Shown here: piece after piece, positions 37,793-47,028 of the stretch | Position numbering within the stretch: the stretch's first letter is position 1 | Layout: each line of letters opens with the position of its first letter | Source: Candidatus Hadarchaeales archaeon | Lineage (GTDB): Archaea; Hadarchaeota; Hadarchaeia; Hadarchaeales; Hadarchaeaceae | Length of the DNA stretch: 64,000 bases | Direction of reading: 5' to 3' | NCBI GenBank assembly: GCA_038851075.1 | Contig: JAWCLG010000002.1 | Coordinates: forward strand, 32,001 to 96,000 | The notes under the pieces: generated by a model | Told to the model about the DNA's origin: nothing | Database searches by the model: none | What the model saw: the letters and a program-made list of their open reading frames with translations, nothing else | Translations under genes and position numbers: made by a program

Positions 37793-38629
37793 TTGGGTAG
37801 GGAAGTGTACTACCAAAGAATTGACGTAAAAAACGCCGTTTGTGGATATTCGACGTCTAGTAAGAGCTATGGGGTACGAGAGGGGGCTTTTTTTAATGCT
37901 AGAAAAAAGACATTTCAGAGGTACACTGAAACGATAGATGGGAAAAAACCAGTGGAGCTTACCCCATCAGAGGTTTCCAAGGCAGCCGAGGCAGGGGCAA
38001 TAGCATTTTACTGTTCGTACTGGCTATACGACTGTAACGACTTTAGAGAACCGACCGGTAGAGATCTCGTTTGGGTTATCCGAATAGAGAAAGGGGACTT
38101 GGAGTTCGCGAAAAAGTTGACGAGAGCAGCCGCAGAGGCATTGTGGGAAGCAGGGGCGGAGCCTTTTGTAAAGTATTCTGGAGACCTAGGATTCGACATT
38201 ATATTGCCTCTAGAAAGCATACCGTTCGAAGTCTGGCATGGAAATATAGACGCACTGGATGACCTTCAGGGTGAGCTTTCCGATGTCATAGTCAGCAGTA
38301 TCCGCTCACGGCTAGGGCTGGTTGTAGAGGGAGACAGACACTCGTTTAAAATAAAAGAGGATGAAAAAACCTCCCTCCTCTCCGAACTCCGGGTGAAGCG
38401 AGGCCTTTTGCTTGCGCCGATGAGCATAAACCCGGAGACAGGGCTGGTTTCTGTCCCGGTGGATCCTAGGGAGCTAGATAATTTTACAATCTTTGACGCG
38501 AGCCCGTCTAAAGTCATAGGCAAAATATGGAGATTCGGTTCTGGCCCGAGTTATGGTCTAATCAAATACGCGAAGCTTGGTCAAGTTCGATCTTTGGAGG
38601 ATAATCAGTCAGAGGAGCAGGCGTTTTAG
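37793..38629 (+). CDS. Archaeo-eukaryotic primase (AEP / LigD-Pol-like) fold protein with degenerate active site
   Basis: GRDLVWVIRI (motif I position), KYSGDLGFDI.LP (motif II), LLAPMS.NPETGLVSVP (motif III). Confidence 0.65.
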   Translation: MGREVYYQRIDVKNAVCGYSTSSKSYGVREGAFFNARKKTFQRYTETIDGKKPVELTPSEVSKAAEAGAIAFYCSYWLYDCNDFREPTGRDLVWVIRIEKGDLEFAKKLTRAAAEALWEAGAEPFVKYSGDLGFDIILPLESIPFEVWHGNIDALDDLQGELSDVIVSSIRSRLGLVVEGDRHSFKIKEDEKTSLLSELRVKRGLLLAPMSINPETGLVSVPVDPRELDNFTIFDASPSKVIGKIWRFGSGPSYGLIKYAKLGQVRSLEDNQSEEQAF

Positions 38630-38651
38630 GCACCCATGAGTAAAATATTTC

Positions 38652-39275
38652 GTGGAGGCCCTTATCTCAAGAATAAACGAGATCCGGTGTCAACATAAGG
38701 AAGCGAGAAAAAGGATACGGGAATTTATAAACATGCAGAAATGTGGGAACGAGGATTGGTTTTCCGAACTGTGTTTTTGTATTTTGACCGCAAATTCCAC
38801 GGCGGAGTCTGGGATTCGATCGCAGAGGCGGATAGGGACAAAAGGATTTCTTACTCTTTCAGAGAAGCAGCTGGCAAAAGAACTTAGGAAATCTAAGCAT
38901 AGGTTCCCAAACGTTAGGGCAAAATTCATAGTGGAGGCGAGAAAGCACATGAAAATCAAGGACGCCGTAATGAATGCCGGCAGCCCACAAAAAGCGCGCG
39001 CTTGGCTTGTGAAAAATGTAAAGGGTATCGGCTGGAAGGAAGCGAGTCATTTTTTGAGAAATGTGGGATATCTAGACCTTGCCATTCTGGACAGACATGT
39101 GTTGAGAATTCTTCGTGAATATGGCATAATAAAGGAGATTCCGCGCCATCTTTCAGAGAAAAGTTATCTCGAAATAGAGGAAAAAATGAAGGAACTGGCA
39201 AATAGAATGAAAATGAGTCTAGGGGAGCTGGATCTGTATTTGTGGTGTATTAAAACCGGAAGGATTCTCAAGTAG
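38652..39275 (+). CDS. ogg: 8-oxoguanine N-glycosylase/DNA lyase
   Basis: FSELCFCILTAN, RFPN.RA.FI, KGIG.KEASHFLRNVG..D.AILDRH, LDLYLW. Confidence 0.94.
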   Translation: MEALISRINEIRCQHKEARKRIREFINMQKCGNEDWFSELCFCILTANSTAESGIRSQRRIGTKGFLTLSEKQLAKELRKSKHRFPNVRAKFIVEARKHMKIKDAVMNAGSPQKARAWLVKNVKGIGWKEASHFLRNVGYLDLAILDRHVLRILREYGIIKEIPRHLSEKSYLEIEEKMKELANRMKMSLGELDLYLWCIKTGRILK

Positions 39276-40128
39276 TCTTTATGAGATGCGTGCCGTCGCA
39301 GGTACCCCCGGTGTTGAGGTGTGGCAGGCCCTCCCTGCACGATGAGAACGTGACACCAGTTTCAAGGCAGGCGGCCCTGACAGAACGCATGAGATCCTCT
39401 CTAATTTTCTTAGGCAGGTACCATCCGCGTCTTTTCTCTCCTTTGTTGAAGTACAGGTCCCGTAGCTTTAGCGCCTCATCAGGAAAAGCGGATGAGAATC
39501 TACGCCATCCATCGAGCCTTGGTTTGAATGTGGATGCAGTTACATGAGAAACACCGGCTTCGGAGGCAACCTCAACTATCTCCCTTACCTCGTCATCATT
39601 GACGAATGGAATTATCGGATCGAGCCGTAGAGAAGTTGGCACACGTTTAGAGAGAGTTTTGATAGTGGCCAGCCTTAATGATGGCTTAGGTGCACCTGGT
39701 TCTAGCCTGCGGGCCAGTGAGTCATCAATAGTTGTGACGGTGAAACTTACAACGCATGGAATTTTTTTAAGCACGTCGAAATCACGAGCCACAATGTTTG
39801 ATTTCGTAATTATCTGTACCCTGCATCCCTTTTTAGAGATGATCTCGAGACATTTTCTTGTGAGCCCGAGTTTTGCTTCAACTGGGGGATACGGGTCCGA
39901 ACTGTTTGACATGCTTATTATGGTATTTGAATCCATTTTTTCGATATCACGTTCTACCTTAGAAATCAGGTCCTTTTTTTCTCTTGCCTCGAATGCATTC
40001 GGTATATATGAGGAGATATAGCAGTAAACGCACGAGTGGGAGCACCCGGTATATGGATTCAGACCGTATTTTTTGGGACAGGTACAGAGGGGGTCTTTCC
40101 AAGGATCAAACTCTCTAACTACTGCCAT
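39268..40128 (-). CDS. Radical SAM protein, SPL/COG1533-like
   Basis: FDPW...LCTCP.KY.LNPYTGCSHSCVYCY, SSDPYP, LEPGAP....RL, CREG.......CDG; start trimmed to ATG 40128. Confidence 0.85.
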   Translation of the reverse strand: MAVVREFDPWKDPLCTCPKKYGLNPYTGCSHSCVYCYISSYIPNAFEAREKKDLISKVERDIEKMDSNTIISMSNSSDPYPPVEAKLGLTRKCLEIISKKGCRVQIITKSNIVARDFDVLKKIPCVVSFTVTTIDDSLARRLEPGAPKPSLRLATIKTLSKRVPTSLRLDPIIPFVNDDEVREIVEVASEAGVSHVTASTFKPRLDGWRRFSSAFPDEALKLRDLYFNKGEKRRGWYLPKKIREDLMRSVRAACLETGVTFSSCREGLPHLNTGGTCDGTHLIKTT

Positions 40129-40148
40129 TTTCTCAGAAAAACGATAAC

Positions 40149-40424
40149 ACGCGCCGAGATAAAGGCCCCCACATCCCTCCAGACCCCGGGCGATGTAGCC
40201 CAGCCGAACCGCCAAGGGCAGCCCGCCGAACCACATCGTTCCGACCTTTTCAGATCGTGTGGTTACCCTTTCGAGTTACCACGCCGCGGCCCTGAGGAGA
40301 CTCCGAACAAGTCTTGTCAGCCTGCTGTTCAGAACACCGCAGATCGGCCAATCTGCAGTGCCCCTACCAGTGGGATCCACCAAGACCCATTCTAGAGACC
40401 TTCCGGATCGCCCTCTCGGCGCGT
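40149..40424 (-). ncRNA. Unassigned structured RNA-like element (~276 nt)
   Basis: Perfect 11-bp terminal helix ACGCGCCGAGA/TCTCGGCGCGT, at least five G-U-rich hairpins (two with GAAA loops) on the minus strand, BRE/TATA-like motif upstream and T-run downstream. Confidence 0.65.
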
Positions 40425-40526
40425 TTTTTACTCTATCTTCTTGGTTAAAAATTTTCCGTTGTGTATCCCTGTTCACAAAGGGTTAAATATGGGTCTCCAC
40501 TAATCTCAAAAAACGGGAGGAGCCTC

Positions 40527-40664
40527 ATGCCAAGGTGCTGCCCCTCTTGCTATTTGTATGATGAATGCGAAAAAAGGGGAGAGTGCTGCGAGGAATGCGA
40601 TTTTTACAGCAGGGGCAAGTGCATGTTAATGGACAAGGAATCTTATGGAATACTCGACAAATAA
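40527..40664 (+). CDS. Cys-rich microprotein (45 aa, 8 Cys)
   Basis: MPRCCPSCYLYDECEKRGECCEECDFYSRGKC...; strong GGAGGAG SD upstream. Confidence 0.65.
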   Translation: MPRCCPSCYLYDECEKRGECCEECDFYSRGKCMLMDKESYGILDK

Positions 40665-40713
40665 CCAGAGGGCTAGGTTAATTAGATAGGTTAAATATGT
40701 GAGGTGGGGGAGC

Positions 40714-41262
40714 ATGTCTTTGGATCCATTCGATGAGGACTTTTTCAAATATTTCTTCAAACGTTTCCGAGAGATAGAGAGAGAATTTCAGGAATTCGAA
40801 AAGAGATTTCAGATCGATCTTAGAGAATTTGAAAGAACGCCTGGGGTAAAGGGGTTCAAAATAGAGATAAGGGACACTGGGAAAGGAAGGCCCGAGGTAA
40901 AGGTTTCTAGATTCGGAGAGCCGCAGAAGATCAAGGTGGAAAAACCAGCTGCGGTTCTTGAAAATAAAAGAAAAATCGTTGAAGAAAAAAGAATCAGGCC
41001 GGTCAAAAAGATGCTTGATACAAATGTGTGCAAAATTGACAGACCGAACGAAGTTGTCATAACTATGCAAGCTCCTGAGGTGAAAAAGGAGGACGTTGAC
41101 GTGAGAATAGTCGGGAGCACTGCCGAGATTATAGCAAGAAAACGGACCGGGGAAGCTTACTTCTGTACGGTCGAAATACCTAGCGACGTTGTGACGGACG
41201 AAATAAAAAAATCCTTTAAAGGGGACATATTGATTGTCACAATTCCACGACGCAAGCTCTAA
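40714..41262 (+). CDS. Small heat-shock protein (Hsp20/alpha-crystallin)
   Basis: DPFDEDFF N-terminus, GF.I......G.PEV...FG, PEVKKEDV.V, FKGDIL.VTIP. Confidence 0.8.
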   Translation: MSLDPFDEDFFKYFFKRFREIEREFQEFEKRFQIDLREFERTPGVKGFKIEIRDTGKGRPEVKVSRFGEPQKIKVEKPAAVLENKRKIVEEKRIRPVKKMLDTNVCKIDRPNEVVITMQAPEVKKEDVDVRIVGSTAEIIARKRTGEAYFCTVEIPSDVVTDEIKKSFKGDILIVTIPRRKL

Positions 41263-41322
41263 ATGCTCCCTGATTCTTCGGAAAGATATAACAATGGAAA
41301 CCGACGTGTAGGAGGGGTGCTC

Positions 41323-42519
41323 TTGAAATATGTTATAGTGGTCGGGGACGGAATGTCTGATTATCCAGTACAGAAAATCGGGGGGAAGACACCGCTTCAA
41401 GTTGCGCATAAGCCGAATATGGACTGGATCGCCTACAACGGAAAAAGCGGACTTCTAAGGACAATACCCAAGGGAACAGATCCCGGCTCTGACATAGCAA
41501 TAATGTCTATTTTGGGGTACGACCCGAAAAGGTTTCATACCGGAAGGGGGCCAATAGAGGCCGCAGCGCTTGGGATAAAGCTAGATGGGGGAGCCGTTGC
41601 CTTCAGGTGTAATCTGATAACAGCTGAGAACGGAATTATAAAAGATTACAGTGGCGGCCACATAACCACGAAGGAGGCAAAAAAACTTTTGGATGCTATC
41701 TCCAAAAAGTACGGAAATATCGGGGAGTTCCACGTGGGGCTCAGTTACAGAAACATCTTTGTCCTAAAAAATGCACTTTTCGAAGCTGTAAAAATAAAGA
41801 CCACCCCGCCACACCATGCAGTTGGGGACAAAGTCCTTGATAAACTGGCTTCGCCTAAGAAAAACAAAATTGCGCAGTTGATAAACGAGATGATGCTTGA
41901 TTCAAAAAATATACTTTCAAATCATCCTGTGAACATACTTAGAGTCAAAAAAGGTCAGAACCCCGCCAACATGATATGGTTGTGGGGACAGGGAGGAAGG
42001 CCGGACATGCCAAGTATGAAGGAGAAATATGGCCTTGACGGTTCAGTTATATCCGCAGTTATGGTCGTGAAAGGTGTCGGCGCCCTTGCCGGGCTGGATG
42101 CTCCAGAGGTACCTGGTGCAACAGGGTACTATGACACAAACTATAGCAACAAGGCAAGATATGCTTTGAAGGTCCTAAAGAAAAGGAACTTTGTGGTAGT
42201 CCATGTGGAAGCTCCTGACGAGGCAGGACACGAGGGCGATTTGGACGAAAAAATAAGGGCGATAGAAAACATAGATTCCAAAATTGTAGGAAAAATACTT
42301 GACGGCATCGGGGACGAGGATTTTAAAATAGCTGTGATGGCTGATCATCCGACCCCTGTGGAGGTGAGAAGGCATACGTCAGATCCAGTACCGTTTTCGG
42401 TGGCATCGTCTACCAGCAGGGGAGACGGACTCAAATGTTATGATGAGGAATCCGCTAAAAAAGGATCTTTAGGGCTAATGATGGGTCCAATGTTTATCAA
42501 AAAAATGATTGAAATTTGA
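41323..42519 (+). CDS. apgM: Cofactor-independent phosphoglycerate mutase family (ApgM / proposed homoserine kinase)
   Basis: GDGMSD.P....GGKTPL.VA.KP.MD, PGSD.A..S.LGYDP, HVEAPDEAGH.GD, ADHPTP. Confidence 0.9.
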   Translation: MKYVIVVGDGMSDYPVQKIGGKTPLQVAHKPNMDWIAYNGKSGLLRTIPKGTDPGSDIAIMSILGYDPKRFHTGRGPIEAAALGIKLDGGAVAFRCNLITAENGIIKDYSGGHITTKEAKKLLDAISKKYGNIGEFHVGLSYRNIFVLKNALFEAVKIKTTPPHHAVGDKVLDKLASPKKNKIAQLINEMMLDSKNILSNHPVNILRVKKGQNPANMIWLWGQGGRPDMPSMKEKYGLDGSVISAVMVVKGVGALAGLDAPEVPGATGYYDTNYSNKARYALKVLKKRNFVVVHVEAPDEAGHEGDLDEKIRAIENIDSKIVGKILDGIGDEDFKIAVMADHPTPVEVRRHTSDPVPFSVASSTSRGDGLKCYDEESAKKGSLGLMMGPMFIKKMIEI

Positions 42520-42566
42520 GGATGAGGATTATAAGGTGCCCGGTTGAATTTAAAGAGGAGGAAAGA

Positions 42567-43061
42567 ATGCTGATCAAACTTGTTCTTGAGCTTGAGGATA
42601 CTCCTGGTCAGCTTCTGAAGGCGCTGGAGCCGATATCCAGGCACGGAGGAAATGTTAGGAGCATCATGCATGATCGAGAACAAAAAACACCAACAGGGAG
42701 GCTCCCCGTAACCCTGGCTTTTGATATAGCCAACAGGGCCCTTTTGGGTAAAATACTCTGCGATCTTGAGAAAACTGGAATAAGGGTGATTCAGATCGGT
42801 GAAAAGCCTGCCGTCAGAAAAACTGTGCTACTCATAGGCCATATAATTCACACGGACGTTAGAGACACAATAGACCGCCTTAACAGGGTGAAAGGAGTGA
42901 TGGTTTCCGATCTGGATCTTGAGATGGGGGGCCCAAGCAGGGAGTCTGCAGCCGCCATAACAATTTCAGCGTCCGATGAGACGACGGCGGAAAAAGCTAT
43001 CTCTATTCTCGGAAACATATCAGAAAAGAAAGGCCTGCTTATGTTGACTTCATTGGAGTGA
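42567..43061 (+). CDS. Tandem ACT-domain protein (homoserine dehydrogenase regulator, COG2061-like)
   Basis: ELED.PGQLL.ALEPIS..GGN..SI.H, LIGHIIHTD.RDTIDR. Confidence 0.85.
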   Translation: MLIKLVLELEDTPGQLLKALEPISRHGGNVRSIMHDREQKTPTGRLPVTLAFDIANRALLGKILCDLEKTGIRVIQIGEKPAVRKTVLLIGHIIHTDVRDTIDRLNRVKGVMVSDLDLEMGGPSRESAAAITISASDETTAEKAISILGNISEKKGLLMLTSLE

Positions 43062-43067
43062 TGTGCT

Positions 43068-44075
43068 GTGAGGATAATTCTAATTGGCTTCGGCAACTTG
43101 GGCAGGGGGCTGGCGAGAATTTTTATTAAAAAAGCAGCTGCCCTCAGAAAAATTGGAATTATCGCAAAGGTGGTTGCAGCTGTTGATGAAAAAGGGGCGG
43201 CGGTGGACAGTAACGGTCTGGAACTCAGACGACTTCTCTCAGTGGCGGAGCAGAGGGGCACTGTGGCGGCTTACAGTCACGGGCAGAAAGGGATGCTGGC
43301 AAATCAAGTACTCGATGAGGTCGAGGCAGATGTTGTTTTCGAGCTTACTCCGACCAATATAAAAACAGGAGAGCCCGGAATAACACACATAAAGCGGGCG
43401 ATGATGGCGGGAAGGCACGTTATAACCTCAAACAAGGGCCCTTTGGTCGTGGCGTTCAGGGAGCTTGAATCTCTATCCAGAAAGTGTGGGGTGGAGTTCA
43501 GGTACTCCGCATCAGTCGGTGGAGCGGTGCCTGTAATAGGTCTGGCAAAAAAACTGCTTTCATCAAACGAGATAACTGAGATAAGGGGAGTTTTGAACGG
43601 AACCACGAATTACATATTAAGCAGAATGACAAGCGAGGAAGTTCCTTTTGAGATGGTGTTGAGAGAAGCCCAAGAGATGGGCGCGGCCGAAAAGGATCCG
43701 TCTCTTGATATAAAGGGAATCGACACTGCATGTAAGCTGACGATACTGGCGAATTCTATTCTTGGTCTGAGCGCAACTCTCAAGGATGTGAATATTACAG
43801 GCATAGAGAGGATTTCACTGGAGGCAATAAGGCTCGCCAAGGAGTCAGGCAGAACTATAAAGCTGATAGGAATTGCAAGAAAAGACAGACTAGAAGTCGC
43901 CCCAAAACTCATTCAGTTCGGTCATCCTCTGGCAGTTGGCGGGACCCTTAATTCCGTGACCTACAAACTTGACCTTGCCAGAGAGATCACAATATCCGGT
44001 TACGGCGCGGGCCCGCAGGAGACCTCAAGCTCTCTGCTCAGCGACCTTATAGATATTCACCGGAGTCTGGAGTAA
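43068..44075 (+). CDS. hom: Homoserine dehydrogenase
   Basis: GFGNLG, TSNKGPL, SVGGAVP, LNGTTNYIL, G.D.ACKL.ILAN. Confidence 0.95.
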   Translation: MRIILIGFGNLGRGLARIFIKKAAALRKIGIIAKVVAAVDEKGAAVDSNGLELRRLLSVAEQRGTVAAYSHGQKGMLANQVLDEVEADVVFELTPTNIKTGEPGITHIKRAMMAGRHVITSNKGPLVVAFRELESLSRKCGVEFRYSASVGGAVPVIGLAKKLLSSNEITEIRGVLNGTTNYILSRMTSEEVPFEMVLREAQEMGAAEKDPSLDIKGIDTACKLTILANSILGLSATLKDVNITGIERISLEAIRLAKESGRTIKLIGIARKDRLEVAPKLIQFGHPLAVGGTLNSVTYKLDLAREITISGYGAGPQETSSSLLSDLIDIHRSLE

Positions 44076-45293
44076 ATGTGGCTAGAGTGCATAGAATGCG
44101 GCAATAAACTGGATTTAGACGAGAGAAAATTCGAGTGCCCCAAATGCGGCGGATTGCTAGAGGTTGAGTTTGATCTGGGCAAGCTTAAGAAGAGCTTAAA
44201 TGTTGAAAAAATTAAAAAAGAGCCCCCACGTGTATGGAAATACAGGGAATTTCTTCCGATAAAGGACGATTCCAAAATAGTTACGCTTGAGGAGGGAGGC
44301 ACGCCTCTCTATCGTTGCGACCGCCTTGCAAGGGAGTTGGGGGTTAGAGAGCTTTACGTGAAGTACGAAGGTGCCAACCCTACAGGGTCATTCAAGGACA
44401 GGGGAATGACGGTGGGGATTACGAAGGCTAGGGAGTTCGGGGTAAAAATAGTCGCGTGCGCGTCGACAGGAAATACATCTGCGTCTCTCGCTGCGTATGC
44501 TGCCAAAGCAGGGATAAGGTGCCTTGTGCTTCTTCCGAGCGGAAAGGTGGCGCTTGGGAAGCTTGCCCAGGCGGCCATGTATGGGGCTGAGATTATCTCA
44601 GTAAAGGGAAACTTTGATGAAGCGCTGGACATAGTAAAGCGATTATGTGAAGAAAAGGAGGATATCTATCTCATGAACTCTATCAACCCTTTCAGACCAC
44701 AGGGGCAGAAGACGATAGGGTTTGAAATCGCTGACCAGCTCGGGCTAAATCCTCCCGATAGGGTCATAGTTCCAATGGGCAACTGTGCGAACATATGGGC
44801 GATATATAAGGGATTTTTTGAGTACGAGCGCGTTGGCATAATAAAGAAAGTTCCAATGATGACAGGAATACAGGCGGAGGGATCTATGCCCATAGTCGAT
44901 GCGATAAAAAAGGGACTGAAGCATTTCACTCCAGTAAAAAGGCCGGAGACCATAGCAACAGCTATAAGGATAGGCAATCCAGTGAACGGACCAAAGGCAA
45001 TCAGGGCCATAAGGAACACCGGTGGAACGGCTGAAAGCGTGAGTGATGCGGAGATTATTTGGGCACAGAAGATCATGGCGAGGATGGAAGGAATAGGTGT
45101 GGAGCCATCCAGCGCTTCGACAATATCCGGGTTAAAAAAGCTGCTTGACCAGGGTATTGTTGGCAGGAACGAAAGAGTTGTTTGCGTGGCAACAGGAAAT
45201 GTACTCAAGGATCCGGAGGAAGCGGTATCAATATGCAAAAAGCCAATCGAAATCGATGCTAAATACGAGAAGATCGTAAAATACCTGGAGTGA
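44076..45293 (+). CDS. thrC: Threonine synthase
   Basis: Zn-ribbon N-terminus, EG.NPTGSFKDRG, CASTGNTSASLAAY. Confidence 0.95.
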   Translation: MWLECIECGNKLDLDERKFECPKCGGLLEVEFDLGKLKKSLNVEKIKKEPPRVWKYREFLPIKDDSKIVTLEEGGTPLYRCDRLARELGVRELYVKYEGANPTGSFKDRGMTVGITKAREFGVKIVACASTGNTSASLAAYAAKAGIRCLVLLPSGKVALGKLAQAAMYGAEIISVKGNFDEALDIVKRLCEEKEDIYLMNSINPFRPQGQKTIGFEIADQLGLNPPDRVIVPMGNCANIWAIYKGFFEYERVGIIKKVPMMTGIQAEGSMPIVDAIKKGLKHFTPVKRPETIATAIRIGNPVNGPKAIRAIRNTGGTAESVSDAEIIWAQKIMARMEGIGVEPSSASTISGLKKLLDQGIVGRNERVVCVATGNVLKDPEEAVSICKKPIEIDAKYEKIVKYLE

Positions 45294-45297
45294 TCGG

Positions 45298-46605
45298 ATG
45301 AACCCTAGGGAAATGATGGAGAAAACATTCGCTCTTCTGAAGGAGCATCACGAATGGTTCAAAAGGTCTATACCCCTGATCGCGAGCGAGAATGTTACTA
45401 GCCCAGCTGTCAGGGAGGCCATGATATGCGACTTTCAGCACAGATATGCGGAGGGATGGCCAACCGAGAGAGTCTATGCAGGCTGCAGGTACATTGATCA
45501 GGTTGAGATTCTCACAATGGATCTAGCAAAAAACCTTTTTGGTGCTGAGCACGCAAACGTCCAGCCGATATCGGGAGTCGTTGCAAATCTGGCCATGTAC
45601 ACGGCTTTGACCAAGCCCGGTGATATTTTATTGTGTCTGTCAATACCATGCGGCGGACACATCAGCATGGGGAAGGAGCAGATGGGTGGCACAGCCGGGG
45701 CGGTTCACGGTTTGAGGATAGAATACTGGCCTTTCGATGAAAAACGCATGAACATAGATGTTGACGCGGCAGCGAAAAAACTGCGGGAAGTAAAACCGAA
45801 GCTGGCACTTTTTGGTGGAAGCGTGTTCCTGTTTCCCCACCCCCTCAGGGAGCTCATTGATGTGGCAAAGGAAGTGGGAGCGTATGTGGGGTACGATGCG
45901 GCACACGTTTCCGGGCTCATAGCCGGCGGGCAGTTTCAGCATCCGATTCGTGAGGGTGTTGACATAATGACATGCAGCACACACAAGACCCTTCCAGGGC
46001 CACAGCGTGGAATGATATTGTGCAAAAGGGAACTGGCCGATGCCGTTAACCGTGCGGTTTTCCCAGGAGTTGTCAGTAATCATCACCTCCATTCGATGGC
46101 CGCCCTGGCGGTGGCACTGGCCGAAATGATGGAATTTGGCAGGGATTATGCGGCACAGATAGTTAAAAATTCCAGAGCCTTAGGAAAGGAAATGTTCGAT
46201 CTAGGATTTGATGTTCTCTGCCCGGACTTCGGGTTCACGAGCTCTCACACAATCGTTGTGAACGTTTTGAAGTACGGTGACGGAGGGGAAATAGAAAGGA
46301 GACTGGAGGAGGCGAATATCATACTAAACAGAAACCTTCTTCCGTGGGACATAAGAGAGGGTAGAAACTTCAGAAAACCAGGGGGGATAAGGCTGGGCGT
46401 CTCCGAGGTAACAAGATTAGGGATGAAAGAGGCTGAGATGAGAGAAATAGCAGAGTTCATAAAGAGAGTAGTTATAGATGGAGAGAGTCCAAGCCGGATA
46501 TCTCAAGAAATTTCAGAGTTCAGAAAGGATTACCAGAAGATTCATTATTGTTTTGATTCAGCTGCGGATGCTTACGAATATATCGAACTCAGAAAAAAAT
46601 TTTAA
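45298..46605 (+). CDS. glyA: Serine hydroxymethyltransferase
   Basis: LIASEN, RYAEG, STHKTLPGPQ.G, GIRLG..E.TR.GM. Confidence 0.96.
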   Translation: MNPREMMEKTFALLKEHHEWFKRSIPLIASENVTSPAVREAMICDFQHRYAEGWPTERVYAGCRYIDQVEILTMDLAKNLFGAEHANVQPISGVVANLAMYTALTKPGDILLCLSIPCGGHISMGKEQMGGTAGAVHGLRIEYWPFDEKRMNIDVDAAAKKLREVKPKLALFGGSVFLFPHPLRELIDVAKEVGAYVGYDAAHVSGLIAGGQFQHPIREGVDIMTCSTHKTLPGPQRGMILCKRELADAVNRAVFPGVVSNHHLHSMAALAVALAEMMEFGRDYAAQIVKNSRALGKEMFDLGFDVLCPDFGFTSSHTIVVNVLKYGDGGEIERRLEEANIILNRNLLPWDIREGRNFRKPGGIRLGVSEVTRLGMKEAEMREIAEFIKRVVIDGESPSRISQEISEFRKDYQKIHYCFDSAADAYEYIELRKKF

Positions 46606-46632
46606 ATTTTAAATACACTCGCGGGGGGCAAA

Positions 46633-46779
46633 GTTTCCAGACTTAGTTTTCCACTGATTTCCACTGATTCCACTGGAAAAAGAAAGAAAAAGGTAAGTTT
46701 TAAGAAAAAGAGCGTTTTTCTAGCCGATAAAAAAAGAACTAAAAATAAGCTAGATTCGTCAGATGCTGGAGTTTTCCAG
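46633..46779. repeat. Cluster of mini-ORB-like repeats upstream of mcm
   Basis: TTTCCACTGA twice (46648-46667) followed by TTCCACTGGAAA (46668-46679), palindrome CTGGA-N4-TCCAG (46766-46779), A-rich spacer. Confidence 0.6.
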
Positions 46780-47028
46780 TTACCACTCCCTAAAAATGAC
46801 AAAAAAACGGTGTTTTATAGTTTTATACGGTCTGGCAGCCGGAGGTTTTTGGAATGAAGCCCGAGATATCAAGAGTTACCTGCTATACCGATGTTGAAAA
46901 CGGTGTATATTTTTATTTGTTCAATAAAGTTAAAGAAGAAAATATTTCACTTGTCATGGCTAATGAAGTAAAAAGTTTTTACAGAACTCCTTTTAAGCAC
47001 ATCTGGAATATCCTTTCTGGCAGTTGGT

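Noticed and set aside
40129-40236. N-terminal extension of the radical SAM ORF called from 40236
   Set aside because: It runs through the structured element; family-like sequence starts at ATG 40128
40149-40424. SRP RNA or RNase P RNA call
   Set aside because: Size and paired ends fit, but helix-8/Alu and CR-V signatures were not found; the plus-strand CTGAGGAGACTCC resembles CR-I but lies mid-element on the strand disfavoured by G-U pairing
40149-40424. MITE with 11-bp terminal inverted repeats
   Set aside because: No target-site duplication, no second copy in the window, and strand-specific G-U pairing; not fully excluded
46648-46679. CRISPR-like or satellite repeat
   Set aside because: Only three 10-nt units with no spacers; better explained as mini-ORBs
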